Source: Spongiibacteraceae bacterium
Lineage (GTDB): Bacteria; Pseudomonadota; Gammaproteobacteria; Pseudomonadales; PIVM01
Length of the DNA: 39,793 nt
Direction of reading: 5' to 3'
NCBI GenBank assembly: GCA_030618505.1
Contig: JAUXDF010000001.1
Span: 1 to 39,793 of the forward strand
Shown here: one piece after another, positions 21,650 through 34,809 of the stretch
How the letters are laid out: every line of letters starts with the position of its first letter
Position numbering within the stretch: position 1 is the stretch's first letter
Program-made: the position numbers and the translations under genes
Notes under the pieces: generated by a model
What the model was told of the DNA's origin: nothing
The model's input: only the letters and a program-made list of their open reading frames with translations
Databases searched by the model: none

Positions 21650-23761
21650 CTATTCACCTTTTGATTTTGAAATAATTTCTTCTGCTATGTTGTTTGGTGC
21701 TGGAGAGTACTTCTCAAACTCCATGGTAAAAGTCGCTCGCCCCTGAGTTGCCGAACGCAGATCAGTAGCATAGCCAAACATTTCACCCAATGGAACCTCG
21801 GCATTTATAACTTTACCAGAGGCATTCTCATCCATTCCCAAAATCATGCCGCGACGACGGTTAAGGTCGCCAACAACATCACCCATATTTTCCTCGGGTG
21901 TCACCACCTCGACTTTCATTATGGGCTCAAGTAATACGGCACCGCCATGTGCAGCCAGCTTTTTGGTTGCCATGGAGCCGGCCACCTTAAATGCCATTTC
22001 GTTTGAGTCAACATCGTGATACGAGCCATCGTAGAGAGTCGCTTTTAAACCAAGCAAAGGGAAGCCCGCCAGAATACCGTTTTGCATCTGTTCGGATATG
22101 CCTTTCTCCACCGCAGGAATATATTCACGCGGTACAGAACCACCAACGATCTCATTTACAAACTCCAAACCTTCGGCGCTGACATCTTCTGCTGGCTCAA
22201 ATTTAACCCAGACATGACCGTATTGGCCACGACCACCCGATTGGCGCACAAACTTGCCTTCAATATCGCAGGTGTTTTGAATCGTTTCACGATAAGCAAC
22301 CTGCGGTCTACCGATATTTGCCTCTACACTGAATTCACGGCGCATGCGATCCACCAAAATATCCAGGTGCAATTCGCCCATACCGGAAATAATAGTCTGG
22401 CCCGACTCTTCATCTGTCTTCACACGAAAGGAAGGATCTTCCTGAGCCAACTTGCCCAAAGCTATACCCATCTTTTCCTGATCCGCCTTGGTCTTGGGCT
22501 CAACAGCAACAGAAATAACCGGCTCAGGGAACTCCATTCGCTCGAGAACAATTATATTTGCCGGATCACACAAGGTATCACCGGTAGTAACATCTTTAAG
22601 ACCAATCGCTGCGGCGATATCACCCGCCAGCACTTCTTTAATTTCTTCACGGTTGTTTGAATGCATCTGCACCATTCGGCCAACACGCTCTTTTTTCTGT
22701 TTAACCGAGTTGTAAACCGCAGTACCACTTTGGAGAGTACCGGAATAAACACGGAAGAAAGTCAAAGTCCCAACAAAGGGGTCGGTGGCAATCTTAAAAG
22801 CCAAAGCGGCAAACGGTGCTTTATCATCAGCTGCGCGAATCGCAACAGTCTGGTCTTTATCATCCAATGTACCTTCAATTGCCTTAACTTCCTCAGGCGA
22901 CGGCAGGTACTGGACAACCGCATCAAGCATGGCCTGAACGCCTTTGTTTTTAAAGGCAGAACCACCAATCACAAGCACAATTTCATTGGCCAATGTACGT
23001 TGACGTAGCCCGGCTATCACTTCTTCTTCGCTAAGCTCACCTTCATCAAGGTATTTTTCCATCAGCTCGTCATTGGCTTCTGCTGCAGCTTCAACCATAT
23101 GCTCGCGCATTTCGTCGCACTGCTCTTGCAGGTCAGCTGGAATATCTGCGTATTCAAAAGTCATACCCTGATCTTCTTCATTCCAGAGAATCGCTTTCAT
23201 CTTGACCAGATCGACCACGCCTTTAAATTCTTCCTCTGCGCCAATGGTCATCTGTAAAGGTACAGCATTAGCATTCAGGCGATCTTTAAGCTGCTCGACA
23301 ACCATCATAAAATCAGCACCGGCACGATCCATCTTATTAACAAAAACCATGCGAGGAACTTCGTATTTGTTTGCTTGACGCCATACAGTTTCAGTTTGAG
23401 GCTGAACACCGGAGGAACCACACAAAACGACCACTGCACCATCAAGTACACGCAGGGAACGCTCTACTTCGATAGTGAAGTCAACGTGCCCCGGAGTATC
23501 GATAATATTAACTCGATGCTGGTCAAACTGCTGCTGCATACCAGACCAAAAACAGGTAGTCGCCGCGGAGGTGATAGTAATACCACGCTCCTGCTCCTGC
23601 TCCATCCAATCCATAGTGGCAGCACCATCATGAACCTCACCAATTTTGTGCGAAAGCCCGGTATAAAAAAGTACACGCTCGGTGGTGGTAGTTTTACCCG
23701 CATCGACGTGCGCACAGATACCGATATTTCGATACCTTGCTATAGGAGTGTTACGCGCCAC
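21650..23761 (-). CDS. fusA: Elongation factor G
   Basis: 703 aa with ...[22 protein letters not shown]...DTPGHVDF... Confidence 0.98.
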   Translation of the reverse strand: MARNTPIARYRNIGICAHVDAGKTTTTERVLFYTGLSHKIGEVHDGAATMDWMEQEQERGITITSAATTCFWSGMQQQFDQHRVNIIDTPGHVDFTIEVERSLRVLDGAVVVLCGSSGVQPQTETVWRQANKYEVPRMVFVNKMDRAGADFMMVVEQLKDRLNANAVPLQMTIGAEEEFKGVVDLVKMKAILWNEEDQGMTFEYADIPADLQEQCDEMREHMVEAAAEANDELMEKYLDEGELSEEEVIAGLRQRTLANEIVLVIGGSAFKNKGVQAMLDAVVQYLPSPEEVKAIEGTLDDKDQTVAIRAADDKAPFAALAFKIATDPFVGTLTFFRVYSGTLQSGTAVYNSVKQKKERVGRMVQMHSNNREEIKEVLAGDIAAAIGLKDVTTGDTLCDPANIIVLERMEFPEPVISVAVEPKTKADQEKMGIALGKLAQEDPSFRVKTDEESGQTIISGMGELHLDILVDRMRREFSVEANIGRPQVAYRETIQNTCDIEGKFVRQSGGRGQYGHVWVKFEPAEDVSAEGLEFVNEIVGGSVPREYIPAVEKGISEQMQNGILAGFPLLGLKATLYDGSYHDVDSNEMAFKVAGSMATKKLAAHGGAVLLEPIMKVEVVTPEENMGDVVGDLNRRRGMILGMDENASGKVINAEVPLGEMFGYATDLRSATQGRATFTMEFEKYSPAPNNIAEEIISKSKGE

Positions 23762-23793
23762 AACTCAGTTCTCCAAAACAGTAAATCATAAAA

Positions 23794-24264
23794 TTAAAAA
23801 CGGTAATGAGAGAACGCTTTGTTCGCCTCAGCCATGCGATGCACATCTTCACGTTTTCTGACCGCACTGCCTTTACCCTGTGCAGCATCAACAATTTCGC
23901 CACCCAGGCGTTGCATCATTGACTTTTCACCGCGAGAGCGCGCAAATTCAACTAACCAGCGCATAGAGAGCGCCTGGCGACGTGAAGGCCGAACCTCGAC
24001 GGGTACCTGATAGGTAGCACCACCAACTCGACGAGACTTTACTTCGACCATTGGCGCAATATTTTCCAATGCAGCGTTAAAGACCTCAATAGGATCTTTA
24101 CCCGCACGCTCCTTAACAATATCCAGCGCGCCATAAACAATACGTTCGGCAACTGATTTCTTTCCGCTTACCATTACGTGATTCATAAATTTTGCCAGGG
24201 TAATATCCCCAAATTTGGGATCTGGCAAAATTTCACGTTTTGCTACTACTCTTCTTCTTGGCAT
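23794..24264 (-). CDS. rpsG: 30S ribosomal protein S7
   Basis: 156 aa starting [19 protein letters not shown]. Confidence 0.98.
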   Translation of the reverse strand: MPRRRVVAKREILPDPKFGDITLAKFMNHVMVSGKKSVAERIVYGALDIVKERAGKDPIEVFNAALENIAPMVEVKSRRVGGATYQVPVEVRPSRRQALSMRWLVEFARSRGEKSMMQRLGGEIVDAAQGKGSAVRKREDVHRMAEANKAFSHYRF

Positions 24265-24379
24265 GTTATCGCCCTTATTATCTAATTCAGGTTAATCCGA
24301 GACACCTCTCCATTTACTATAAACGGGAGCGATCGGCCTTACTCTACAAACGCTAAGCGCATGAAAGCATCAACAAGTC

Positions 24380-24754
24380 TTAAGACTTGGGTCGCTTAGT
24401 TCCATACTTGGAACGGCCTTGTTTGCGATCTGCCACACCAGAGGTGTCGAGGCTACCGCGAACAGTGTGATAACGCACACCAGGAAGGTCTTTAACACGA
24501 CCACCACGAATCAGAATGACACTGTGCTCCTGCAGGTTATGCCCTTCACCACCAATATAGGAGGTAACTTCATAACCGTTAGTCAGGCGCACACGGCATA
24601 CTTTACGCAGTGCTGAGTTTGGCTTTTTCGGTGTCGTAGTATACACACGAGTACATACCCCACGCCGCTGTGGACAGCTCTGCAGTGCAGGGACGTCACT
24701 TTTCGCCATTTTTCGCTTTCTAGGCTTACGAACCAACTGATTGATCGTTGCCAT
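24380..24754 (-). CDS. rpsL: 30S ribosomal protein S12
   Basis: 124 aa with [15 protein letters not shown]...[19 protein letters not shown]. Confidence 0.98.
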   Translation of the reverse strand: MATINQLVRKPRKRKMAKSDVPALQSCPQRRGVCTRVYTTTPKKPNSALRKVCRVRLTNGYEVTSYIGGEGHNLQEHSVILIRGGRVKDLPGVRYHTVRGSLDTSGVADRKQGRSKYGTKRPKS

Positions 24755-24841
24755 CTAGTAAAACTCCAAAAAAATTAAGCCTTTAATCTCTAAAGGCACA
24801 AACAAAAACGATGAACTTAACAACTCCACCGCACTTACTCC

Positions 24842-24880
24842 AAAAAATGTGGATGCGAAATTCTATAGATCACATCCACA
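24842..24880 (-). terminator. Candidate rpoC terminator hairpin overlapping the str promoter
   Basis: 8-bp stem tgtggatg (24848-24855) / catccaca (24873-24880) with a 17-nt loop. On the minus strand it is followed by TTTTTT (24847-24842). It lies about 60 nt after the rpoC stop. The large loop makes it a weaker call. Confidence 0.4.
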
Positions 24881-24888
24881 CTAGTCAA
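24860..24888 (-). promoter_or_regulatory. Sigma70-type promoter of the str operon (rpsL-rpsG-fusA-tuf)
   Basis: On the minus strand: TTGACT (24888-24883), a 17-nt spacer, then TAGAAT (24865-24860). The predicted leader to the rpsL ATG is about 100 nt. Confidence 0.6.
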
Positions 24889-24941
24889 GCATCAAGAGCA
24901 AGATCGGCTAAAATCAATCCTGCCTGGTCATCAACAGAGAC

Positions 24942-27900
24942 CTAAACGTTGGTTTTTAGCGCTTCTGTTAATGCCGCTTCAACATCACTGGCACTGACTG
25001 TTTCCGTTTCCACGGAATGCTGCTCTTCACGTTTGCGCTTTCGATCACTGTGATAGGCGAGACCTGTTCCCGCTGGAATCAAGCGACCAACAACCACATT
25101 CTCTTTCAGGCCACGCAAATAATCACGCTTGCCAGTTACCGCAGCTTCCGTCAGCACCCGAGTTGTTTCCTGGAAGGATGCCGCTGAAATAAAGCTTTCC
25201 GTTGCCAGCGAAGCCTTGGTAATACCGAGCAGTTCACGCTCGTATTTGGCGGGCACCTTGTCATCCTTTCTCAACTGCTCATTTTCGATTAATACCCGAA
25301 CATGCTCGGCCTGCTCGCCTTTAATAAAGCTTGAATCACCCGAGTCAGTTATCTCCACCTTGCGCAGCATCTGACGAACGATAACTTCAATATGCTTATC
25401 GTTAATTTTCACACCCTGCAGGCGGTAAACATCCTGAATCTCATTAGTAATGTACTTGGCGAGCTCTGGAATTCCTTTCAGACGAAGTATATCGTGGGGA
25501 ATTAATGGACCTTCCGATACGATCTCACCCTTTTCAACGTTTTCACCCTCGAATACGCTTAGAGTTCGCCATTTAGGAATCAAAGCCTCATAGTGATCAT
25601 TACCATTCGGCAACAACTTACCATCCGTTGGTGTAATCACCAGACGGCGCTTGCCCTTGGTCTCTTTACCAAAACTAACGGTACCGGATATTTCTGCCAG
25701 TATCGCAGGCTCTTTGGGCTTGCGTGCCTCAAACAAATCCGCAACCCGAGGCAAACCACCGGTAATATCACGAGTCTTGGAGCCTTCCTGAGGTATTCTA
25801 GCCAACACACCGCCGGCCTGAACCTCTGAGCCATCCTCAAGATTGATTAAGGCATTGGCAGGCAAAAAGTAGTGGGCAGGCATATTGGTTCCAGCGATAC
25901 AGAGCTCTTCACCCTTATCATCAACCAAAGAAATGGCTGGGCGCACGTCTTTACCCGCCGAAACCCTCTCTGCAGGATCAATTACCGATAAGCTGGACAA
26001 ACCGGTCAAGTCATCTGTCTGACGGCGGATGCTGATCCCTTCCTCCATACCACTAAAGCGAACCAAACCGGCCACCTCGGTAATAATCGGGTGAGTGTGT
26101 GGATCCCAGGTTGCAACAATAGCTCCCGCTTTTACTGCAGCATGATCTTTAACCTGAATTACCGCTCCATAAGGCAATTTATAGCGCTCTTTCTCCCTAC
26201 CGTCTGCAGCAGCAATGGAAAGCTCACCTGAGCGGGATACCGCTACCAACTTACCAGACTCCTGCTCAACAAATTTAAGGTTATGCAGACGCACTGTACC
26301 GTCTTGCTTAATCTGAATGCTGTCCGCCGCTGTCGCTCTCGATGCAGCACCACCGATATGGAAGGTACGCATAGTAAGCTGAGTACCCGGCTCACCAATC
26401 GACTGAGCCGCCATAACACCAATAGATTCACCTACACCCACTTCATGTCCGCGCGCCAGGTCTCGGCCATAACACTTTGAACAAATACCATGATGGGTTT
26501 CACAGGTAATCGCTGAGCGCACTACCAATTCATCAATACCCATTTCTTCAACTTGACCGATCCAGGCCTCATCAATCATGGTGCCAGCGCTAATCGCCAC
26601 CTTCTTGCTACCTGGCATCAGCACGTCTCTGGCAATGTTACGACCCAGAATACGATCACCCAGTGTTTCGATAATGTCGCCACCTTCTATAACCGGCGTC
26701 ATTAATAGGCCCTCTTGCGTACCACAGTCAAAATCGGTAATAACCAGATCCTGGGCAACATCAACCAAACGGCGGGTCAAATACCCGGAGTTTGCTGTTT
26801 TAAGAGCGGTATCAGCCAAACCCTTACGAGCACCGTGAGTGGATATAAAGTACTGCAGTACATTTAGACCTTCGCGGAAGTTTGCGGTGATTGGCGTCTC
26901 GATAATGGAGCCATCAGGCTTGGCCATCAAGCCACGCATACCCGCAAGCTGACGAATCTGCGCAGGGGAACCCCGCGCACCGGAGTCAGCATAGATATAA
27001 ACCGAGTTAAAGGATTCCTGCTCCTCCTCCTCACCATCACGATTTATCACCGGTTCTGTGGAAAGGCCATCCATCATCGCTTTCGCAACAAGATCATTGG
27101 CACGAGACCAAATATCGATAACCTTGTTGTATTTCTCGCCCTGAGTTACCAGGCCGGAGGAGTACTGCCTCTCAATATCGATAACCTCTTCGTCAGCCTC
27201 ACCAATGATCGTCGCCTTCTCCTTGGGGATAACAAAATCATTAACACCGATGGAGGAGCCCGAACGAGTTGAATATTCAAAACCGGTATACATCAGCTGG
27301 TCAGCAAAAATAACCGTAGCCTTCAAACCTACCTTACGATAACACTCGTTAAGGACGTGGGAGATAGCTTTTTTGGTCATTGCTCTGTTGATCAGAGAAA
27401 AAGGTAAGCCTCTTGGCACGACATTCCAAAACAGCACACGCCCTACCGTGGTATCGATAATACTGATCGTGGTTTTTTCTTCACCATCTTCAAGTATCTC
27501 TACTTCGCTTATTCGCACTTTTACTCTGGCCTGGAGATGAGCCTGCTTGGTGACATAAGCTCGATGCACTTCCTTAATATCGGCAAATACCATTGCCTCG
27601 CCCTTGGCATTAACACGAGAGCGAGTCATCCAATAAAGACCCAAGACCACATCCTGCGAAGGAACAATAATTGGTTCACCGTTGGCAGGCGAAAGAATAT
27701 TGTTAGTGGACATCATCAGCGCACGCGCTTCAAGTTGCGCCTCTATCGTCAGCGGTACGTGTACCGCCATCTGATCGCCATCAAAGTCGGCGTTATACGC
27801 GGCACAAACCAGCGGATGAAGCTGAATCGCTTTACCTTCAATAAGCACTGGCTCAAAGGCCTGAATGCCCAAGCGGTGAAGTGTGGGCGCTCGGTTAAGC

Positions 27901-29165
27901 ATAACTGGATGCTCTCGAATCACCTCGGCGAGAATATCCCAAACCTCTGGAGGCTCACGCTCGACCATTTTCTTGGCGGCCTTGATAGTGGTCGCTAAAC
28001 CACGATGCTCCAGCTTGCCAAAGATAAAAGGCTTAAATAACTCCAGTGCCATTTTTTTAGGCAAACCACATTGATGCAAACGCAGGGTAGGACCAACCAC
28101 GATAACAGAACGGCCGGAATAGTCGACTCGCTTACCCAGCAAGTTCTGACGGAAACGCCCCTGCTTACCTTTGATCATGTCGGCGAGCGATTTTAATGGG
28201 CGCTTGTTAGAACCAGTAATAGCACGGCCACGACGGCCATTATCCAACAGCGCATCAACAGATTCCTGCAGCATACGCTTTTCGTTACGGACAATAATAT
28301 CCGGCGCACTCAAATCAAGCAGGCGCTTCAAACGGTTATTGCGGTTTATAACCCGACGATACAGATCATTAAGGTCAGAGGTCGCAAAGCGTCCACCGTC
28401 CAGAGGCACCAGCGGGCGCAAATCTGGCGGCAATACGGGCAAGGCATTTAAGACCATCCACTCGGGCTTATTGCCCGAGGATAGAAACGCTTCAACCAGC
28501 TTTAAGCGTTTTGACAATTTTTTGATTTTGGTTTCGGAATTTGTCTGCGGGATTTCTTCGCGGAGGATATTAATCTCTTCCGCAAGATCGATCTGACCCA
28601 TTAAATCCTGAACCGCCTCAGCACCCATTTTGGCAACAAAATCATCACCAAACTCTTCAACAGCTTCGTAATATTGCTCGTCATTCAGCAACTGGCCTTT
28701 CTCAAGAGTGGTCATGCCTGGATCAATAACAACATAGGACTCAAAATAAAGAATCCGCTCAATATCCCTCAAGGTCATATCAAGCAACAAACCAATGCGC
28801 GATGGCAGTGATTTCAAAAACCAAATATGGGCTACCGGGCTAGCTAGCTCAATATGCCCCATACGATCTCGTCGTACTTTTGCCAGCGCAACTTCAACAC
28901 CGCACTTTTCACAGATAACACCACGGTGCTTCAGGCGTTTGTATTTCCCACACAAACACTCATAGTCCTTTACTGGACCAAAAATTTTCGCACAGAATAA
29001 ACCGTCCCTTTCTGGCTTAAAGGTTCGGTAGTTAATTGTCTCCGGCTTTTTAACTTCACCGTATGACCATGAGCGAACCAGTTCTGGCGAAGCCAAACCA
29101 ATTCGTATTGAATCAAACTCTTCTGTTTGTCCCTGGGACTTGAGCAGGTTCAGTAAGTCTTTCAA
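24942..29165 (-). CDS. rpoC: DNA-directed RNA polymerase subunit beta prime
   Basis: The track ORF (1421 aa) is 5'-extended. The TTG at 29165, preceded by GGAGGA plus 6 nt, gives (M)[27 protein letters not shown], matching the canonical RpoC N-terminus. That gives 1407 aa. The NADFDGD active-site motif is present. Confidence 0.97.
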   Translation of the reverse strand: MKDLLNLLKSQGQTEEFDSIRIGLASPELVRSWSYGEVKKPETINYRTFKPERDGLFCAKIFGPVKDYECLCGKYKRLKHRGVICEKCGVEVALAKVRRDRMGHIELASPVAHIWFLKSLPSRIGLLLDMTLRDIERILYFESYVVIDPGMTTLEKGQLLNDEQYYEAVEEFGDDFVAKMGAEAVQDLMGQIDLAEEINILREEIPQTNSETKIKKLSKRLKLVEAFLSSGNKPEWMVLNALPVLPPDLRPLVPLDGGRFATSDLNDLYRRVINRNNRLKRLLDLSAPDIIVRNEKRMLQESVDALLDNGRRGRAITGSNKRPLKSLADMIKGKQGRFRQNLLGKRVDYSGRSVIVVGPTLRLHQCGLPKKMALELFKPFIFGKLEHRGLATTIKAAKKMVEREPPEVWDILAEVIREHPVMLNRAPTLHRLGIQAFEPVLIEGKAIQLHPLVCAAYNADFDGDQMAVHVPLTIEAQLEARALMMSTNNILSPANGEPIIVPSQDVVLGLYWMTRSRVNAKGEAMVFADIKEVHRAYVTKQAHLQARVKVRISEVEILEDGEEKTTISIIDTTVGRVLFWNVVPRGLPFSLINRAMTKKAISHVLNECYRKVGLKATVIFADQLMYTGFEYSTRSGSSIGVNDFVIPKEKATIIGEADEEVIDIERQYSSGLVTQGEKYNKVIDIWSRANDLVAKAMMDGLSTEPVINRDGEEEEQESFNSVYIYADSGARGSPAQIRQLAGMRGLMAKPDGSIIETPITANFREGLNVLQYFISTHGARKGLADTALKTANSGYLTRRLVDVAQDLVITDFDCGTQEGLLMTPVIEGGDIIETLGDRILGRNIARDVLMPGSKKVAISAGTMIDEAWIGQVEEMGIDELVVRSAITCETHHGICSKCYGRDLARGHEVGVGESIGVMAAQSIGEPGTQLTMRTFHIGGAASRATAADSIQIKQDGTVRLHNLKFVEQESGKLVAVSRSGELSIAAADGREKERYKLPYGAVIQVKDHAAVKAGAIVATWDPHTHPIITEVAGLVRFSGMEEGISIRRQTDDLTGLSSLSVIDPAERVSAGKDVRPAISLVDDKGEELCIAGTNMPAHYFLPANALINLEDGSEVQAGGVLARIPQEGSKTRDITGGLPRVADLFEARKPKEPAILAEISGTVSFGKETKGKRRLVITPTDGKLLPNGNDHYEALIPKWRTLSVFEGENVEKGEIVSEGPLIPHDILRLKGIPELAKYITNEIQDVYRLQGVKINDKHIEVIVRQMLRKVEITDSGDSSFIKGEQAEHVRVLIENEQLRKDDKVPAKYERELLGITKASLATESFISAASFQETTRVLTEAAVTGKRDYLRGLKENVVVGRLIPAGTGLAYHSDRKRKREEQHSVETETVSASDVEAALTEALKTNV

Positions 29166-29258
29166 GGCCAATCCTCCGCATGCTGCGTTAGCGTGATGGG
29201 CAAACACCCATCACCTTAAACTTTGTTGTTGTGGTAATAACTACCTAGCTTTTCGCCA

Positions 29259-32200
29259 CTACTCTTGATCCAGCTCCATATCGATCCCCAGCGAGCGAAT
29301 CTCTTTCAATAACACATTAAAAGATTCAGGCATGCCAGGCTCCATACGGTGATCGCCATCAACAATGTTCTTGTACATTTTGGTACGACCGTTTACGTCA
29401 TCCGACTTAACGGTCAACATCTCTTGCAGGGTATAGGCAGCACCGTAAGCTTCCAGCGCCCACACTTCCATCTCCCCGAAACGCTGGCCACCAAACTGCG
29501 CTTTACCACCCAAAGGCTGCTGGGTAACCAGACTGTAAGAGCCGGTTGAACGCGCATGCATCTTGTCATCAACAAGGTGGTTCAGCTTAAGTATGTACAT
29601 GTAGCCAACCGTCACGGGACGATCAAATTGATCACCAGTGCGGCCATCGTACAAGGTCATTTGACCACTTTCCGGCAGATCCGCCAGCTTTAACAGTTTC
29701 TTGATATCAGACTCTGCAGCTCCATCAAACACCGGAGTTGCCATCGGCACGCCGTCTTTGAGGTTTGATGCCAGCTCGAGAATGTCTTTATCACTGAAAC
29801 TATCAAGATCTTCCTGCTTGGCGGCGTCTTTGTTATACACCGCCGCCAGGAATTTTCTCACTTCGGCAATAGTGCGTTGCTCACGAAGCATGAGATCAAT
29901 TTTTTCACCCAGGCCTTTTGCTGCCAAGCCAAGGTGAGTTTCAAGAACCTGACCAACGTTCATCCGTGACGGCACACCCAGTGGGTTAAGCACGATATCT
30001 ACCGGTACACCCTGCTCGTTATAGGGCATATCTTCGACAGGCATAATGACGGAAATAACACCTTTGTTACCATGACGTCCAGCCATCTTGTCACCGGGCT
30101 GAATACGTCGCTTGATTGCCAAATAAACTTTCACAATCTTCAATACGCCAGGTGCCAGATCGTCGCCACTTTGCAGTTTTTTCTTTTTGCTCTCAAAACG
30201 CTTGTCCAGCTCTTCCCGGTACTCGTTAAGCTGCTTTTCAGCGGCATCCAGCTCATCATTCAGAGCGTCATCATCCATACGGATTTTAAACCACTGCTCG
30301 GCTTCAAGTGCCTGCAAAAACTCTGCACTAAGCACCTCGCCCTTCGTCAAACCAGCACCACTTTTGGCTTTTTTACCTTCAAGGTGCCTGGCCAACAATG
30401 CGTAGGTTGCAGACTCAACGATGCGATACTCCTCATTAAGATCCTTACGGAAATCATTAAGCTGAGTTTTTTCAATATCCAGCGCACGCTGATCTTTCTC
30501 AAGACCGTCGCGGGTAAATACCTGCACGTCGATAACCGTTCCTTTGGTGCTGGTAGGGACTCGCTGGGAGGTATCTTTTACATCAGAAGCTTTTTCACCA
30601 AAGATCGCGCGCAATAGTTTTTCTTCTGGCGTCAGTTGTGTCTCGCCTTTTGGCGTCACCTTACCAACGAGAATATCACCTGGGCCAACCTCGGCTCCGA
30701 TATAAACAATACCGGACTCATCCAGTTTACTCAGTGCACCCTCACCCACGTTAGGAATATCCGCAGTAATTTCTTCTGCTCCTAGCTTGGTGTCGCGCGC
30801 AATACAGGTCAATTCCTGAATATGGATGGTGGTAAATCGGTCTTCTTTTACAACGCGCTCGGAAACAAGAATCGAATCCTCAAAGTTGTAACCATTCCAG
30901 GGCATAAACGCGATGCGCATGTTCTGTCCGAGTGCCAACTCTCCCATATCAACCGAAGGGCCATCGGCAAGTATATCGCCGCGGGTTACAGTTTCACCCT
31001 CGCGAACCAGGGAACGCTGATTAATACAGGTATTTTGGTTAGACCGGGTATATTTCACCAAGTTGTAGATATCAACCGGTGAATCGCCTTGGGCAACCTC
31101 ATCATTCGCTACTCGCACTACGATTCTGGCGGCATCAACACTGTCAATAACACCACCGCGATGAGCAACCACACAAACGCCCGAATCCTGGGCTACGGTA
31201 CGCTCAACACCGGTACCAACCAAAGGTTTCTGGGCAATCAGCGTAGGTACTGCCTGGCGCTGCATGTTTGAACCCATCAATGCACGGTTAGCATCATCAT
31301 GCTCGAGAAAAGGGATAAGTGAGGCAGCAACAGATACAACCTGCTTGGGCGACACATCCATATACTCGACTTTGTCCGGGCTATGTACTGTAAATTCATT
31401 TTGATTTCTTACTGCAACCAACTCATCAACCAGTTTATTTTTGCCGTCTATAGCAGCAGATGCCTGGGCAATAACAAATTCTGATTCGTTAATAGCAGAT
31501 AGATATTCGATTTCATTGGTAACGACACCATCGACAACTTTACGATAGGGGCTTTCCAGAAAACCGTAGTCATTGGCACGAGCAAAACTGGCCAATGAGT
31601 TAATCAAACCGATGTTCGGCCCTTCAGGTGTTTCAATAGGGCAAACACGGCCATAATGTGTTGGATGCACATCTCGCACCTCAAAGCCAGCACGCTCGCG
31701 CGTCAAACCACCTGGCCCCAATGCCGAAACACGACGCTTATGGGTCACTTCTGACAAGGGATTGTTCTGATCCATAAATTGAGAAAGCTGACTGGAGCCG
31801 AAAAACTCTTTAATCGCCGCAGCAACCGGTTTGGCATTGATCATATCCTGAGGCATTAGGCCCTCGGACTCAGCCATACTCAGACGCTCTTTAACGGCAC
31901 GCTCAACACGTACCAAACCTACACGGAACTGATTCTCCGCCATTTCACCCACTGAGCGAACACGACGGTTACCCAGGTGATCGATATCATCAACTACACC
32001 CTTACCGTTGCGAATGCCGACCAGTTGTTTGAGCACATCGACGATGTCCTCTTTGCTTAATACGCCCTCTCCTTCAATCGCATCACGACCCAGACGACGG
32101 TTGAACTTCATTCGACCAACACCTGAGAGATCATAACGCTCTGGAGAAAAGAACAAGTTCTGGAACAGGTTTTCTGCGGACTCCTTGGTAGGTGGCTCGC

Positions 32201-33332
32201 CCGGTCTCATCATTCGATAGATTTCTACCAGAGCTTCAAGCTTATCGCGAGTTGCGTCGCTGCGCAGGGTATCGGATATAAAAGGTCCACAATCAAGCTC
32301 ATTGGTATACAGCGTCTCGATATCCTTGATCTTGTTCTCTGCCAATACCGCAAGCACTTCTTCGGTTAGCTCGGTGTTCGATTCAAACAATAGCTCGCCG
32401 GTTTCTTTATTCACCAGATCCTTAGCCAAAGCACGGCCGAGAACATATTCAAGCGGCACAGTAAGCTTGGTGATTTTGGATTTTTCCAGCTCACGGATAT
32501 GGCGAGCTGTAATACGACGCCCTTGCTCTACAACAACTGCGCCTTTTTTGCCAATAATATCAAAGGCTGCAACTTCACCCCGAAGGCGCTCTGGAACCAA
32601 GTCCAGCAAATACTCTTCGCCTTTGATATGGAAAGTATTGGTTTCATAAAACATTTCGAGTATTGCCTCTGAGCTATACTCGAGTGCTTTCAACAATATT
32701 GTCGCGGGTAATTTACGGCGCCGATCAATACGGACAAAAACCAGATCTTTGGGATCAAACTCGAAGTCGAGCCATGAACCACGGTAAGGAATAACTCGGG
32801 CAGAATAAAGGAGCTTGCCAGAGGAGTGTGTTTTGCCTTTATCATGATCAAAGAACACACCAGGTGAGCGATGCAACTGGGATACAATAACCCGCTCGGT
32901 ACCATTGATAACGAAGGTACCATTGTCAGTCATCAAGGGAATTTCACCCATGTAGACTTCTTGCTCTTTAATATCTTTAATCGTTTTGTTCGCAGACTCT
33001 TTATCATAAATAATCAAGCGAACCTTAACGCGTAAGGCAACTGCGTAGGTAACACCGCGCAACTGACATTCAGCTACATCAAATACCGGTTCACCCAGCC
33101 TGTAACTGACATATTCGAGAGCAGCATTACCCGAATAACTTACTATAGGAAACACAGATTTAAATGCCGCGTGAAGACCAATATCGTTACGGTCTTCAGG
33201 AGCAATACCATCCTGGGTAAATTTCTTGTAGGAATCCAACTGAATCGCCAAAAGATAAGGTACATCCATCACTTGCGTGAATTTACCAAAATCCTTGCGA
33301 ATGCGTTTTTTCTCAGTATATGAGTAAGCCAT
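29259..33332 (-). CDS. rpoB: DNA-directed RNA polymerase subunit beta
   Basis: The track ORF (1365 aa) is 5'-extended. The ATG at 33332 gives [17 protein letters not shown], the canonical RpoB N-terminus (1357 aa). Confidence 0.97.
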   Translation of the reverse strand: MAYSYTEKKRIRKDFGKFTQVMDVPYLLAIQLDSYKKFTQDGIAPEDRNDIGLHAAFKSVFPIVSYSGNAALEYVSYRLGEPVFDVAECQLRGVTYAVALRVKVRLIIYDKESANKTIKDIKEQEVYMGEIPLMTDNGTFVINGTERVIVSQLHRSPGVFFDHDKGKTHSSGKLLYSARVIPYRGSWLDFEFDPKDLVFVRIDRRRKLPATILLKALEYSSEAILEMFYETNTFHIKGEEYLLDLVPERLRGEVAAFDIIGKKGAVVVEQGRRITARHIRELEKSKITKLTVPLEYVLGRALAKDLVNKETGELLFESNTELTEEVLAVLAENKIKDIETLYTNELDCGPFISDTLRSDATRDKLEALVEIYRMMRPGEPPTKESAENLFQNLFFSPERYDLSGVGRMKFNRRLGRDAIEGEGVLSKEDIVDVLKQLVGIRNGKGVVDDIDHLGNRRVRSVGEMAENQFRVGLVRVERAVKERLSMAESEGLMPQDMINAKPVAAAIKEFFGSSQLSQFMDQNNPLSEVTHKRRVSALGPGGLTRERAGFEVRDVHPTHYGRVCPIETPEGPNIGLINSLASFARANDYGFLESPYRKVVDGVVTNEIEYLSAINESEFVIAQASAAIDGKNKLVDELVAVRNQNEFTVHSPDKVEYMDVSPKQVVSVAASLIPFLEHDDANRALMGSNMQRQAVPTLIAQKPLVGTGVERTVAQDSGVCVVAHRGGVIDSVDAARIVVRVANDEVAQGDSPVDIYNLVKYTRSNQNTCINQRSLVREGETVTRGDILADGPSVDMGELALGQNMRIAFMPWNGYNFEDSILVSERVVKEDRFTTIHIQELTCIARDTKLGAEEITADIPNVGEGALSKLDESGIVYIGAEVGPGDILVGKVTPKGETQLTPEEKLLRAIFGEKASDVKDTSQRVPTSTKGTVIDVQVFTRDGLEKDQRALDIEKTQLNDFRKDLNEEYRIVESATYALLARHLEGKKAKSGAGLTKGEVLSAEFLQALEAEQWFKIRMDDDALNDELDAAEKQLNEYREELDKRFESKKKKLQSGDDLAPGVLKIVKVYLAIKRRIQPGDKMAGRHGNKGVISVIMPVEDMPYNEQGVPVDIVLNPLGVPSRMNVGQVLETHLGLAAKGLGEKIDLMLREQRTIAEVRKFLAAVYNKDAAKQEDLDSFSDKDILELASNLKDGVPMATPVFDGAAESDIKKLLKLADLPESGQMTLYDGRTGDQFDRPVTVGYMYILKLNHLVDDKMHARSTGSYSLVTQQPLGGKAQFGGQRFGEMEVWALEAYGAAYTLQEMLTVKSDDVNGRTKMYKNIVDGDHRMEPGMPESFNVLLKEIRSLGIDMELDQE

Positions 33333-33464
33333 CAGCACTCCCCGATGTTCGTTCACAGACAGAGCTGCCTTAACGCCTAAGGCCGGAACTCTGTTCTGTT
33401 TTGCGGTGTTAGTAATCTTTCATTGCCGTATTTACGATCAACAGGTAACGAGCAAACCTGCGCA

Positions 33465-33507
33465 GAAACAGAAAAAGGCTGTCGGGAAAATCACCCTCCA
33501 GCCTTTC
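33465..33507 (-). terminator. rplL-rpoB intercistronic attenuator hairpin
   Basis: On the minus strand: aaaggctg-ga-ggg / ccc-ga-cagccttt, an 8-bp plus 3-bp stem around a 7-nt loop (33474-33506). It is followed by a U-rich TTCTGTTTC. It starts about 38 nt after the rplL stop. A partial terminator at this position is well known in E. coli. Confidence 0.5.
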
Positions 33508-33543
33508 GTTCAGCTTGGAAAAAATCCAGCAAAACTGTCGAAA

Positions 33544-33921
33544 TTACTTAATCTCAACAGATGCGCCAGCTTCTTCAAGCTGCTTTTTGGTCTCTTCTGC
33601 TTCTTCTTTAGATACACCTTCTTTTACTGGTGAAGGGGCACCGTCAACCACAGCCTTTGCTTCTTTCAAGCCCAAACCGGTGATTGCACGTACTGCTTTA
33701 ATGGCGTTTACTTTCTTCTCGCCAGGACCAGTCAGTATTACATCAAACTCGGTTTGCTCCTCAGCAGCAGCTTCACCACCGCCAGCAGCAGGTGCAGCAG
33801 CAGCAACAGCGGCAGCAGCAGTAACACCGAATTTCTCTTCCATTGCTTCAATAAGCTCGACAACTTCCATTACGCTCATTTCTGCAATTGCATTTAATAT
33901 ATCGTCTTTAGACAGAGCCAT
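33544..33921 (-). CDS. rplL: 50S ribosomal protein L7/L12
   Basis: 125 aa with [33 protein letters not shown], an Ala-rich hinge, and ...[15 protein letters not shown]... Confidence 0.98.
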   Translation of the reverse strand: MALSKDDILNAIAEMSVMEVVELIEAMEEKFGVTAAAAVAAAAPAAGGGEAAAEEQTEFDVILTGPGEKKVNAIKAVRAITGLGLKEAKAVVDGAPSPVKEGVSKEEAEETKKQLEEAGASVEIK

Positions 33922-33994
33922 TTTTAAACTCTCCTGAAATGTTGGATTTAACCAATACCTAATTTTAATACCGCGTGTTTATAGTCAAACTAAA

Positions 33995-34522
33995 CTACGC
34001 GGCATCCTTTTGATCGCGAATAGCTGCGACAGTACGAACCAGCTTGCCAGGAACTTCGTTAAGTGTACGAACAAATTTGGCGACCGGAGCCTGCATAACA
34101 CTCATTAACTGAGATAATGCCTGCTCACGAGTCGGCAATTTCGCCAACACATCCAGCTGATCTGCACCAAGTAGTTTGCCGCCTACAGCCAAAGCCTTCA
34201 CATCAAAGTTATCGCAATCTTCCGCGAAATCCTTAAAGATACGCGCCGCAGCACCGGGATCTTCCATAGAAAATGCCAGTAGTGACGGCCCGCTCAGGGC
34301 TTCCTGTACGCACTCAAACTCAGTGCCTTCAATTGCGCGTTTTGCCAATGTGTTACGTACCACTCGTACGGTAACATTGGCTTCACGCGCCAGCTTACGA
34401 AGTCCAGTCATTTCATCCACGGTGCAGCCACGTGAGTCAGCTACCACCAAAGATAAAGCAGCAGCAGCGGTCTCGTTAACTTCAGCTACAATCGCTTTTT
34501 TGTCTTCGAGTCCTAATGCCAT
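33995..34522 (-). CDS. rplJ: 50S ribosomal protein L10
   Basis: 175 aa with [17 protein letters not shown]...[24 protein letters not shown]. Confidence 0.98.
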   Translation of the reverse strand: MALGLEDKKAIVAEVNETAAAALSLVVADSRGCTVDEMTGLRKLAREANVTVRVVRNTLAKRAIEGTEFECVQEALSGPSLLAFSMEDPGAAARIFKDFAEDCDNFDVKALAVGGKLLGADQLDVLAKLPTREQALSQLMSVMQAPVAKFVRTLNEVPGKLVRTVAAIRDQKDAA

Positions 34523-34809
34523 TGGATTTACTCCTGGATTAATTAAAGTGATTTCTTATGCCTTCGCAGGACTAAAAACTCACCTTCGTTTCGGTTTTAA
34601 ATCCAATTTTCATGCAATTGGGCTTATCACCATCTGCGTAGGCTGATGCCTTACGGCACTGATTAAGTCCACCTGCTCACTTGCAGCAGGCCGGACACCT
34701 ACGGTCTTTGATGGTCTTCGGTATTGGCAGAGAGCCAGCCCAAAGACCCCAAAGTTCTGTACACTACCCAGCCACCAAGGTTAATTAAACCCTGGGCGCT
34801 GGATAGCCT
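34523..34809 (-). promoter_or_regulatory. Long rplJ 5' leader, the expected site of the L10(L12)4 autoregulatory leader and the rplJ promoter
   Basis: A 287-nt non-coding gap between rplA and rplJ with several GC-rich complementary segments (e.g. ccgtaggtg / gcctacgcag). The call is positional, based on the known L10 leader in gammaproteobacteria. I could not verify the fold by eye. Confidence 0.4.

Noticed and set aside
24755-24829. 24-codon upstream ORF in the rpsL leader. It starts at a GTG 8 nt after a GGAG, encodes MELLSSSFLFVPLEIKGLIFLEFY, and its TAG abuts the rpsL ATG.
   Set aside because: An open frame of this length is expected by chance in a U-rich leader. It also uses a non-ATG start and has no supporting conservation that I can assess. 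Noted only in case ribosome profiling is available.
29166-29207. 5' extensions of track ORFs: rpoC by 14 codons, rpoB by 8 codons (33333-33356), uvrA by 2, rplX by 2, and the SPOR gene by 2.
   Set aside because: The extensions come from alternative or upstream in-frame start codons. Canonical N-termini and better-placed Shine-Dalgarno sequences support the shorter starts given in the feature list.
33515-33937. 140-aa Ala/Ser-rich plus-strand ORF (and 34176-34646, 156 aa) antisense to rplL and rplJ.
   Set aside because: This is a mirror image of the Ala-rich L7/L12 hinge and the L10 coding sequence, a typical antisense artefact.
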